Source of the DNA: Vulcanimicrobiota bacterium
Lineage (GTDB): Bacteria > Vulcanimicrobiota > Xenobia > Xenobiales > JADMJV01
Direction: 5' to 3'
NCBI GenBank assembly: GCA_019637395.1
Contig: JAHBVR010000012.1
Location: 1,842 to 65,841 of the forward strand
Length of the DNA stretch: 64,000 nt
Shown here: positions 9,514-17,227 of the stretch, in pieces
How the letters are laid out: each line of letters opens with the position of its first letter
Numbering within the stretch: the first letter of the stretch is position 1
Translations under genes and position numbers: made by a program
Notes under the pieces: model-generated
What the model was told of the DNA's origin: nothing
Seen by the model: only the letters and a program-made list of their open reading frames with translations
Database searches by the model: none

Positions 9514-9874
9514 ACCAGGGAGCTGACGAGCAGGCTGACCGTACTTCCTCCAGGTAAACGAGGGATTTGGACTGTCAGACTGTGGTGACCCTCCCTAAGG
9601 GGAAGTGGCGCTTTGTGACGCGATGGGCATTTCGCTGTAGCTGGCCGAGTCCAGATTTTTTTTGGCCGACCCCCTAGACAACCTGGACGGCGGGTGGGAA
9701 AAGTCTAATATCAACCCCGGCCGCGGTGTCGCATGGCCGCATGTTTACAAACTGGTAACGCCAGTTCAGAACTTTGTTACAGCGTTTGCAATTCGCTGAC
9801 ATTTCCCGGCTCGGTTTTCCCCCCTCCCGCCCTTACATTGAATTCAGAAGACGATTAACGGGAGGCACACAACA

Positions 9875-10327
9875 ATGTTCGGAACCAACTTCGGAATCAA
9901 CCCCTTACAGCAGGCTCAAGCAGGCGCTTTGGCGATGGCCGGAGGTGGCGTCGGGCAGTCCTTATTCAACGGTCTCGGTGGTGCAACGGCCGTGGCTTCG
10001 GCCGGCGGCGCGACCGCTATCGCGGGTGGCGGCGGGGCTTTCGCCTCGGCCGGTGGACCCGGTAGCTTCGGCGGCTTCGGCGCCCCGCAGGGCACCCCCA
10101 ATTTCGGCAACGCTTTCGGCGGCCCCGGTGGCCCGGGCGGACCGTGCGGCCCTGGCGGCTGCCACGGTGGCAAGAAAATGAAGAAGATGCGCCGCCTGAT
10201 GCAGAAGATGCAGGCCCTGCAGGCGCAGATGGGCGGAATGGGTGGAATGAACCCCGGAATGCCCGGTGGCGCTTTCGCCGGGGTGGGCCCGATGGGCGCA
10301 ATGGCCGGTCCGCGCCCCCTGTTCTAA
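9875..10327 (+). CDS. Glycine/Phe/Met-rich low-complexity protein (150 aa) with a central basic helix
   Basis: GGAGG-like RBS ('acgggaggcacacaacaATG'); 'GGGAFASAGGPGSFGGFGAPQG...FGGPGGPGG' G/F-rich region, 'CGPGGCHGGKKMKKMRRLMQKMQALQAQMGGMGGMNPGMPGG'; ends at a strong terminator. Confidence 0.6.
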   Translation: MFGTNFGINPLQQAQAGALAMAGGGVGQSLFNGLGGATAVASAGGATAIAGGGGAFASAGGPGSFGGFGAPQGTPNFGNAFGGPGGPGGPCGPGGCHGGKKMKKMRRLMQKMQALQAQMGGMGGMNPGMPGGAFAGVGPMGAMAGPRPLF

Positions 10328-10347
10328 GTCAAGACTTCAGAGAAAAA

Positions 10348-10380
10348 TGAGCCGCTTCGTGAGAAGCGGCTCATTTTTTA
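10348..10380. terminator. Bidirectional rho-independent terminator (gly-rich gene on + and NUDIX on -)
   Basis: 11-bp perfect stem tgagccgcttc / gaagcggctca with gtga loop, followed by TTTTTT on + and by a T-run on the - strand; overlaps the NUDIX stop codon. Confidence 0.65.
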
Positions 10381-10970
10381 TGCAGGGTGCGGTGCAGCAG
10401 TTCCAGTTTCTGGAACTGGCGTAGCATCGACTCTTCCTGGGTCTTCTGGCGGGCTTCGGCCAGCGTGAACCAGCCCAGCTGGTGGGATTCCTCGTTGATT
10501 TGCAGATCTTGCGTTTCGCTGAGCACCAGGAAGCGCACGTCATAGTGCAGATGGGCCGGATCGGCGGCGCGGGCCGGGATCTGGTGGATATCCAGGTCGA
10601 AGGGCACGGGATGGTGCGGGCAGCCCAGGGCTTCCTCAAAATCGAGGTAGCGCAGGCGCGGCAGGCCGCTTTCCTCTTCGGCTTCGCGCAGGGCCACCCG
10701 GGCCAGGTTTTCGTCGCCGTCGGCGTGGCCCCCGAACTGCAGCCACTTGTCCAGTTTGCGGTGGTGGGTCAGGGCCACCCGGCTCAGTTGCGGATCGCAG
10801 ACCAGGGCCGAACCGGTGAAATGACCTGGTGGGTGGGAGCGCAGGTACACTTCCGGCGAGCTGGCCAGAAAGCTACGCATGCGTTCGAGGCAGTCGGCCT
10901 CGTGCGCGGCCCAGGGCGAGTCCGGCCGCACCCACAGCTCGGCGTAAATGTCCAGGAGCCGGGAGAGCAT
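10371..10970 (-). CDS. NUDIX hydrolase
   Basis: Nudix box 'GGHADGDENLARVALREAEEESG' (Gx5Ex7REUxEExGU). Confidence 0.85.
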   Translation of the reverse strand: MLSRLLDIYAELWVRPDSPWAAHEADCLERMRSFLASSPEVYLRSHPPGHFTGSALVCDPQLSRVALTHHRKLDKWLQFGGHADGDENLARVALREAEEESGLPRLRYLDFEEALGCPHHPVPFDLDIHQIPARAADPAHLHYDVRFLVLSETQDLQINEESHQLGWFTLAEARQKTQEESMLRQFQKLELLHRTLHKK

Positions 10971-12139
10971 CAGTCGCGGGTGACGATCCCCTCGGTTGCC
11001 TGCAGATAGATGTCCTGCAGATCCCAGGGCTCTTCGGCGAGGGTGATGATGGAGAAGTTGGCCTCGAAGAGGGCGCGGTGCAGATCAGCCACTTCCTGGT
11101 CGAAACCGACCACCTCAAAGAGCAGATCCTCGCCCTGAAACTGCACGTTGTGGACTTCGGGCCGCTGGTTGAGAAACTTCATGGCCTCCTCGCCTCCATG
11201 CAAAAGCCGGGTGCGCAGGCGGCGGCGATCGCGCATGCGATCGATGAGGCGTTTGGTTTCATCGAACAAGATGAGTTTACCGTTGACCACGATACCCACC
11301 TTGTTGCAGAAGTCGGACAGGTCGCTGAGAATGTGGCTCGATACGATCATGGCCTTGCCTCGCTGCTGCAGGCTGCGCAGAATGTCGCGCAGGTCCACGC
11401 GGGCGCGCGGATCAAGACCGGCCGCCGGCTCGTCCAGGAGCAGCAGCACCGGATCGTGCATGAGCAGGCGGGCCAAACCGAGGCGCTGCTTTTGTCCGCG
11501 CGACAGGCCGTCCACCGGATTGTCGGCCAGGCTGGTCAGGCGGGTGATTTCCAGCGCTTCGCGGATAACGAAGTCGCGGTGGGTGGCGCTAATTTTGTAA
11601 GCACGCGCGAAGAATTCCAGGTATTCCTTGACCAGCAGATCGTCGTAGACACCCAGGAAGTCCGGCATATAGCCGACTCGGGCGCGAATTTCCTCGACTT
11701 CCTTCAGGGAATGGCCGCCCACGTAGGCGGAGCCTCCGTCGGGAGCGAGCACGGTGGCCAGCATACGGATGGTGGTCGTCTTGCCCGCGCCGTTCGGCCC
11801 CAAGAAGCCCAGAATATCGCCGGGATACAACTGAAAAGTCATCTCGTTGACGGCCAGTTGCTTGTTGTAGGCCTTGGTCAGGTTGCGCACGTCCAGAATC
11901 TGGCCGTCCCAGCAGGGGGGCTTATCGGCCACGTCCAGGACCAGCGCTTTGGACTCATACTTGCCTTTGGCCGGCACATTGTCGTCCTCGGGGCGCAGGC
12001 GGCGACCCTGGCCGGGCACAATGTCGTCTTCCGGTCTTGGTCGGCGCGGGACCACGTCGTCTTCGGGGCGCGGCCGGCGAACGGGCTGCTCTTCGTCGAT
12101 CTTCTGGGTCAGGGGTGCTTGCTCTGGCTGGCTACTCAC
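10970..12139 (-). CDS. ABC transporter ATP-binding protein (ABC-2-like, with disordered tandem-repeat N-terminus)
   Basis: Walker A 'GPNGAGKTT', signature 'LSRGQKQRLGLA', Walker B 'LLLLDEPAAGLD'; N-terminal 3x '(R)RPRPEDD(V/I/N)VP'; stop overlaps the NUDIX start (TGATG). Confidence 0.85.
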   Translation of the reverse strand: MSSQPEQAPLTQKIDEEQPVRRPRPEDDVVPRRPRPEDDIVPGQGRRLRPEDDNVPAKGKYESKALVLDVADKPPCWDGQILDVRNLTKAYNKQLAVNEMTFQLYPGDILGFLGPNGAGKTTTIRMLATVLAPDGGSAYVGGHSLKEVEEIRARVGYMPDFLGVYDDLLVKEYLEFFARAYKISATHRDFVIREALEITRLTSLADNPVDGLSRGQKQRLGLARLLMHDPVLLLLDEPAAGLDPRARVDLRDILRSLQQRGKAMIVSSHILSDLSDFCNKVGIVVNGKLILFDETKRLIDRMRDRRRLRTRLLHGGEEAMKFLNQRPEVHNVQFQGEDLLFEVVGFDQEVADLHRALFEANFSIITLAEEPWDLQDIYLQATEGIVTRD

Positions 12140-12144
12140 CCGGC

Positions 12145-13131
12145 CTATTTTGTCTTGAGGGCCTGCAGGGCCTGCCGGGCGACCCGGTCAATTTGTCCGC
12201 GGTATTTGCTCCACAGGGAGTGGTCGGCTACCACCGCCCGCAGGTTTTCCAGCAACCAGGCGTTGCCGGGAGTGGCAATGCCGCTGCGTTTGCCTAACTC
12301 GACCACCGCTCCGTTGAGGACTTCGACTTCGCTATGCGGCCGGCCGGCCCGCAGATCCACCAGCAGGGACGGAGGTTTCTGACCACGTGCTTTGGTTATT
12401 TTGGAACCGAGCAGAGAGCGGATGGCGAAGTTGGGCAGGTAGGCCAGTCCCGCCATTCGGGTCACCTTGTAGTTGGGCAGGTCGACCAGAGGAATGCGGC
12501 TGGCCCGGACCACCGCCAGGAACTCGCGCAGGCAGGCCAGTTCAAAGCTGAACATGGGCCCGTGGGCCACCACTTCGGAGGGCAGCCTATCAAGCAGGGC
12601 GCAACTGGAATTGCAGGTCAGGTTGAGCAGCAGCTTGGAGCATTTGAGCGAGTCCACCCGGGCCACGGCGCTGCAGGGAAGTCCCAGCCGATCCAGCCAG
12701 CCGGGGGCCAGGAAGCGTTCGTGCTTGGTGGCCCAGGCCAGCCCCCCGGGCGGCCCCGGCTGGGGCCGCCCGTTTTCGAGGTAGACCGGGATGGTGGTGG
12801 TCATGGCTCCAAACCACAGGCCGGGGAAATGAGCGGCCAGTTTCTCGTCACTGCCCATCCCGTTCTGGAAGCCCCAGATACGCTTCAAGCGCAGGCCGGA
12901 TGCCGCCAGCTGGGCGGCGGCTTCCTCGACTTGGAAGGCTTTGACGGTAAAAATGACGTCGTCAAAAGCCGTCCCCGGCTCCAGTTCGGATACCGAACGC
13001 ATGGGCAAGCCGGCCAGCGCCTCCAATTGGCGGGGCCGCGCCAGCATGGTCACCGCTTCGCCGGCCTCTCCATGCAAAAGGGCCCCCAGCCACTGGCCGA
13101 TGGCCCCTGCCCCGACGATCAGGACCGACAT
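12145..13131 (-). CDS. 2-dehydropantoate 2-reductase family (ApbA/PanE-like) oxidoreductase
   Basis: N-terminal Rossmann 'VLIVGAGAIGQWLGALL'; overall ApbA/KPR-like length and pattern; substrate uncertain. Confidence 0.65.
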   Translation of the reverse strand: MSVLIVGAGAIGQWLGALLHGEAGEAVTMLARPRQLEALAGLPMRSVSELEPGTAFDDVIFTVKAFQVEEAAAQLAASGLRLKRIWGFQNGMGSDEKLAAHFPGLWFGAMTTTIPVYLENGRPQPGPPGGLAWATKHERFLAPGWLDRLGLPCSAVARVDSLKCSKLLLNLTCNSSCALLDRLPSEVVAHGPMFSFELACLREFLAVVRASRIPLVDLPNYKVTRMAGLAYLPNFAIRSLLGSKITKARGQKPPSLLVDLRAGRPHSEVEVLNGAVVELGKRSGIATPGNAWLLENLRAVVADHSLWSKYRGQIDRVARQALQALKTK

Positions 13132-13132
13132 C

Positions 13133-13696
13133 TTAGACGCGCTTCATGTACTCGCCGGTGCGGGTGTCGATCATCAGCTTGGTGCCCACCTCGACAAAGA
13201 GAGGCACGAGCACGGTGGCCCCGCCTTCGACGGTGGCCGGCTTGGTGGCGCCGGTGGCGGTATCGCCTTTGAAGCCGGGCTCGGTTTCCACCACCACCAG
13301 TTCCACAAAGTTGGGCAACTCGATGCCGATGATCGAGTCGTTGTAGAGCACCAGCATCACTTCCATGCCGTCCTTCAGCCACTTGCGCTGGTCTCCGACT
13401 TCTTTCGCCGTCACCGCATGCTGATCGTAGCTCTCCGAATCCATGAACGTGTATTCATCGTCCTGGGCGTACAGGAAAGAAGCGGGGCGACGCTCGATGT
13501 GGGCGCGAGTCATCTTTTCGTTGCCGCGGAAAGTGAATTCTTTGGTGTAGCCGGTTTTGATGTTCTTGAACTTGGCGCGTACGAAGGGCGAGCCTTTGCC
13601 CGGCTTGACGTGCTGGAATTCGATCACCTGGAGCAGGTCCCCGTCGATGTCGACGGTGATGCCGGTGGAGAGGTCATTGGATGAAACGAAGGCCAT
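13133..13696 (-). CDS. efp: Elongation factor P
   Basis: 'FQHVKPGKGSPFVRAKFKNIKTG' (modified-loop KPGKG), three OB/KOW-like domains, 187 aa. Confidence 0.95.
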   Translation of the reverse strand: MAFVSSNDLSTGITVDIDGDLLQVIEFQHVKPGKGSPFVRAKFKNIKTGYTKEFTFRGNEKMTRAHIERRPASFLYAQDDEYTFMDSESYDQHAVTAKEVGDQRKWLKDGMEVMLVLYNDSIIGIELPNFVELVVVETEPGFKGDTATGATKPATVEGGATVLVPLFVEVGTKLMIDTRTGEYMKRV

Positions 13697-13748
13697 AGAG
13701 AAATCCTTTGATTAGTATGAAGCGCGTGGGGTTCGTGGGGAGCGGGTT

Positions 13749-14825
13749 TTAGTCCTTCGGCCAGGTCTTGGGGCATTCCCGCGCTATGAAGTCGGCCAGA
13801 ACCCGATTGCCTTCGGGATTCAGGTGACCGTCGTTGGGCAGCACGTATTCCTCATGCCCTTGCAGCAATTCTCGGGTGGAGTAATAAGGAACCTGGTTGC
13901 GAGAGCACAAATCCTTGAAAAAGACGCCCAGTTTCAACTGCTGCTCCCGCCAGTAGTCCGAGTCGGTGGCCGTGTCGATGTAGACCATATCCAGCGTGCA
14001 GCCGGCCGCGCGGCAGCGCTTCAGCATATCTTCGAAAAGCAGCGTGTAGTAGTGCCCTTCGCGCTCGAAGTCGGCGATCTTGCGACTTTCATCGGTCTCC
14101 GGGTGGAAGTCGTTGCGGTGCTGCAAACGCCGCTTGACCATGGCCACCAGCCGGTAACAGTAGCTGGAAGTCCACCAGTTACCGAAGGGTTTGCGGATCT
14201 CGGGATTGTTGATGTTGGCCCGGACCTGCTCGATAAAGCCGGGTTTGAACTCCGGAGGATCTTGCTGATCTTCCGGAGTGCGCGGACCCTCGATATCCCA
14301 AAAGTCGTTGCCGAAGGGACAGAGGATGATGTGCTTGGGCTTCAGTTCGTCAAACCAGAGGCGGAAGAGAATGTATTCCTGCCAGATGCTGTCGCCCTGG
14401 CGGGCCATATTGTAGACCTTCCAGCCATAGCGTTGGCGCAACTGGGCCACGGCCGTCTGCGGCTCCTCAACGCCGTGCCCGTAGAGAAAAGAGTCGCCGA
14501 ACACGAGGATGTCGTGGGGAGTGTCAGGGGGATTGCGAAAGGCGCGCTGATCGGTGTCGTGATGCCAGATGCGGCCGTTGACGGCCACCCGCTTGTGGTC
14601 GTTGGGATAGGGGAAGTTGAGTTTGCTGTGCGGTTCGAAGTAATAAATGCCGCCGGGCTCGTTGGAATAGCTGCGAACGAGTTCGTTGCAAACGTCCGTT
14701 CCCAGGAAGGGCGCGGTGAGGCGCAGCAAACCTTCGAGCAAACCCCAAGAAAATAAGAGAACCAGCACCAGTCTGGTCAATTTCCCTCGCCAACTTGTCA
14801 CGCCGGCCACGGTTCTTGCGACCAT
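13749..14825 (-). CDS. SGNH/GDSL-type hydrolase, secreted or membrane anchored
   Basis: 'ILVFGDSFLYG' (GDS block), 'LPNDGHLNPEGN' (DxxH block); N-terminal hydrophobic 'LTRLVLVLLFSWGLL'; start placed at the ATG at 14825 because the longer ORF (to 15404) runs through the tandem repeat. Confidence 0.7.
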   Translation of the reverse strand: MVARTVAGVTSWRGKLTRLVLVLLFSWGLLEGLLRLTAPFLGTDVCNELVRSYSNEPGGIYYFEPHSKLNFPYPNDHKRVAVNGRIWHHDTDQRAFRNPPDTPHDILVFGDSFLYGHGVEEPQTAVAQLRQRYGWKVYNMARQGDSIWQEYILFRLWFDELKPKHIILCPFGNDFWDIEGPRTPEDQQDPPEFKPGFIEQVRANINNPEIRKPFGNWWTSSYCYRLVAMVKRRLQHRNDFHPETDESRKIADFEREGHYYTLLFEDMLKRCRAAGCTLDMVYIDTATDSDYWREQQLKLGVFFKDLCSRNQVPYYSTRELLQGHEEYVLPNDGHLNPEGNRVLADFIARECPKTWPKD

Positions 14826-14838
14826 GATCGAATCCTGC

Positions 14839-14966
14839 AGTGGAGTCTGCCTGATAGCAGACTCCGGCGTTTGCTGCGCAAACTTCTGTGTCGAAGCCTG
14901 AAGTGGAGTCTGCCTGATAGCAGACTCCGGCGTTTGCTGCGCAAACTTCTGTGTCGAAGCCTGAAG
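14839..14966. repeat. 63-bp tandem direct repeat (2 copies), each carrying two inverted repeats
   Basis: Unit 'agtggagtctgcctgatagcagactccggcgtttgctgcgcaaacttctgtgtcgaagcctga' repeated with 1-2 mismatches; 9-bp IR GGAGTCTGC-N6-GCAGACTCC and 6-bp IR GTTTGC-N3-GCAAAC in each unit; lies between the divergent SGNH and DUF2760/Hsp70 genes. Confidence 0.85.
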
Positions 14967-15002
14967 CAGGGGGTGCCCATAAGGCGTCGTAGGCGCTTTG
15001 CA

Positions 15003-15482
15003 ATGGGATTGACAACCGCGTTTCGAGCCTTTTTCAAGGCTCTGTTCAACCGCCAATTCTCCAAGAAAGTGGATGAGCTGCTCAAGGAGATGAAGGCCCT
15101 TCCGCCCGGCCCTCCGCCGGCCACCGCCGCCCAATTGCTGGCTGCTTTGCAAAAGGAAGGCCGGTTGCTGGATTTTCTCAGCGAGAGCCTGGAGGGCTTC
15201 CCGGATGCCCAGGTGGGCGGAGTGGCTCGCGGCGTGCATACCGGCTGCGCCAAGGTGCTGCAGCAATACCTGGTTTTGGATCCGGTGCTGCCCGAGAAAG
15301 ACGGCGATAAAGTGGAAGTTCCGGTCGGTTTCAGCCCGGCCGAGATCCGCCTGGTGGGCAAGGTGCAGGGAGATCCTCCCTTTCAAGGCACCTTGCGCCA
15401 TCACGGTTGGAAGCTGACCTCGGCCCGGTTGCCTGAACTGAAAACCCTGGACATTTTGGTGCCGGCGGAGGTGGAATTATAA
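15003..15482 (+). CDS. Small protein, DUF2760-like (first gene of the Hsp70-paralog operon)
   Basis: ATG at 15003, right after the repeat (the ORF's upstream extension is repeat-encoded); N-terminal amphipathic 'MGLTTAFRAFFKALFNRQF'; stop is 2 nt before the Hsp70 start; DUF2760 assignment is from memory of family associations, not a search. Confidence 0.5.
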   Translation: MGLTTAFRAFFKALFNRQFSKKVDELLKEMKALPPGPPPATAAQLLAALQKEGRLLDFLSESLEGFPDAQVGGVARGVHTGCAKVLQQYLVLDPVLPEKDGDKVEVPVGFSPAEIRLVGKVQGDPPFQGTLRHHGWKLTSARLPELKTLDILVPAEVEL

Positions 15483-15484
15483 CT

Positions 15485-17227
15485 ATGATTGTGGGAATCG
15501 ACCTGGGGACCACCAACTGCGCTCTTGCCTATGTGCAGGACGAGGGAGTTCAGGACTTCGCCATTCCGCAGCTGGTCGCCCCGGACGAAGTCGAGGCCAG
15601 GCCCACTCTGCCCTCTTATCTCTATCTGCCCTCCCAGCATGAGTTCGCCCTGGGCAGCCTGTCGTTGCCTTGGGACGAGGTGGCCGAGTTCGCGGTGGGC
15701 ACGATGGCTCGTGACGAGGGCTCGAAAGTGCCCGACCGCTTGATCGTTTCTGCCAAGAGCTGGCTGTGCAACGCCCAGGTGGACCGGCAGCAACCTCTGC
15801 TACCCTGGAAATCCGCCGAAGAAGTCCCCAAACTCTCGCCGGTCGAAGTGACCACCCGTTACCTTCGCCATCTGGCCGATTCCTGGCGCTTTTCGCGCAC
15901 CGGCGGCAGTCTCAGCGAACACTCGGTCTTTCTGACCGTGCCCGCCAGCTTTGACGCGGTGGCCCGTGAGCTCACGGTGGAGGCCGCCCAGAAAGCGGGC
16001 CTGGAGAATCTCACCCTGCTGGAAGAGCCGCAGGCCGCTTTTTACGCCTGGTTGGAGCAAATGGGCGAGGCCTGGCGGGAGGCGGTCAAGCTGGGCGACC
16101 ATATTTTGGTTTGCGACCTGGGGGGCGGGACTTCTGACTTTACGCTGATCCGGGTGGACGAAGACGAGGGCCAGCTCAGTCTGACGCGGTTGGCCGTGGG
16201 CGACCATTTGCTGCTGGGCGGAGACAACATGGATCTCGGTCTGGCCGCCACCGTCCAGGCCCGCCTGCGAGCCGAGGGGCAGAAGATCGACTCCTGGCAG
16301 TTCCAGGTGCTGACCCACCTGTGCCGCAATGCCAAGGAAAAGATGCTGGCCGCCGACCCGCTGGAGTTATGCCCGTTGACCATTCCCGGCCGGGGCGCCA
16401 AGATGCTGCTCGGCTCCACCTCCAGCGAGATCCACCGCTCCGAAGTGGAGAAGGTCATTCTCGATGGCTTCTTCCCCAGGGTGGAATCGAAGGATTGGGC
16501 GCAACGCCAGCGCCGCTTCGGCCTTACGGAACTGGGCCTGGCCTACGAATCCGATCCGGCCATCACCAAACATCTGGCCAGATTTCTCCATCAAGGCGGG
16601 GAATTCATCAAGCCCACCGCCATCTTGTTCAATGGTGGCGTGTGCAAATCGCCCGGAGTGCAGGCGCGGGTTCTGGAAGTGCTGAACAGCTGGTTGGACG
16701 AGCCGGTCAAGGTGCTGCCCAATCAAGACTGCGACCTGGCCGTGGCGCGCGGGGCCGCCGCCTACGGGCGAGCCCGCCTGCAAGGCGGAATTCGCATCCG
16801 GGGCGGCCTGCCGCGTTCCTACTACATCGGTGTGGAAGTGGCTCGCCCGGCGGTGCCCGGCTTCGCTCCCCCCACCAAGGCCATTTGCGTGGCTCCTCAG
16901 GGCATGGAGGAAGGGACCACCGTGGATTTGCCCGGCCTGGAACTGGGTCTGGTGCTGGGTGAGTTGGTGGAATTTCCCTTTATGACCAGCAATCAGCGCA
17001 CCGAGGATCAACCCGGCCAGACGGTGGACGATTGGGAAGACGAAGACGAGATCGAACAGATTGCCACCGTGACCAGCATCTTGCGCAGCTCGGAGGTGGA
17101 CCAACCGGTGGTGCCGGTCCAGCTCCAGACGGTGGCCACGGAAATTGGCACGCTGGAGCTGTGGTGTCAGCAAAAGGGCGGCAGCGGCCGCTGGAAACTA
17201 GAATTTGAAGTGCGGGATAAGCAATGA
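15485..17227 (+). CDS. Hsp70-family ATPase paralog (NBD plus non-canonical C-terminal region)
   Basis: 'IVGIDLGTTNCALAYV' (phosphate-1), 'ILVCDLGGGTSDFTLI' (phosphate-2), 'GGD..D' connect motif; C-terminus lacks the canonical SBD/lid. Confidence 0.85.
   Translation: MIVGIDLGTTNCALAYVQDEGVQDFAIPQLVAPDEVEARPTLPSYLYLPSQHEFALGSLSLPWDEVAEFAVGTMARDEGSKVPDRLIVSAKSWLCNAQVDRQQPLLPWKSAEEVPKLSPVEVTTRYLRHLADSWRFSRTGGSLSEHSVFLTVPASFDAVARELTVEAAQKAGLENLTLLEEPQAAFYAWLEQMGEAWREAVKLGDHILVCDLGGGTSDFTLIRVDEDEGQLSLTRLAVGDHLLLGGDNMDLGLAATVQARLRAEGQKIDSWQFQVLTHLCRNAKEKMLAADPLELCPLTIPGRGAKMLLGSTSSEIHRSEVEKVILDGFFPRVESKDWAQRQRRFGLTELGLAYESDPAITKHLARFLHQGGEFIKPTAILFNGGVCKSPGVQARVLEVLNSWLDEPVKVLPNQDCDLAVARGAAAYGRARLQGGIRIRGGLPRSYYIGVEVARPAVPGFAPPTKAICVAPQGMEEGTTVDLPGLELGLVLGELVEFPFMTSNQRTEDQPGQTVDDWEDEDEIEQIATVTSILRSSEVDQPVVPVQLQTVATEIGTLELWCQQKGGSGRWKLEFEVRDKQ

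Noticed and set aside
9514-9874. Sigma-54 promoter or known riboswitch upstream of the glycine-rich gene
   Set aside because: No GG-N10-GC element with proper flanks and no recognisable riboswitch core by eye; left as an unexplained long leader
13749-15404. 551-aa version of the SGNH hydrolase ORF extending through the 63-bp repeat
   Set aside because: The extension translates the tandem repeat and a Q/A/G-rich region and runs antisense over the DUF2760 gene; the ATG at 14825 gives a normal signal-anchored SGNH enzyme
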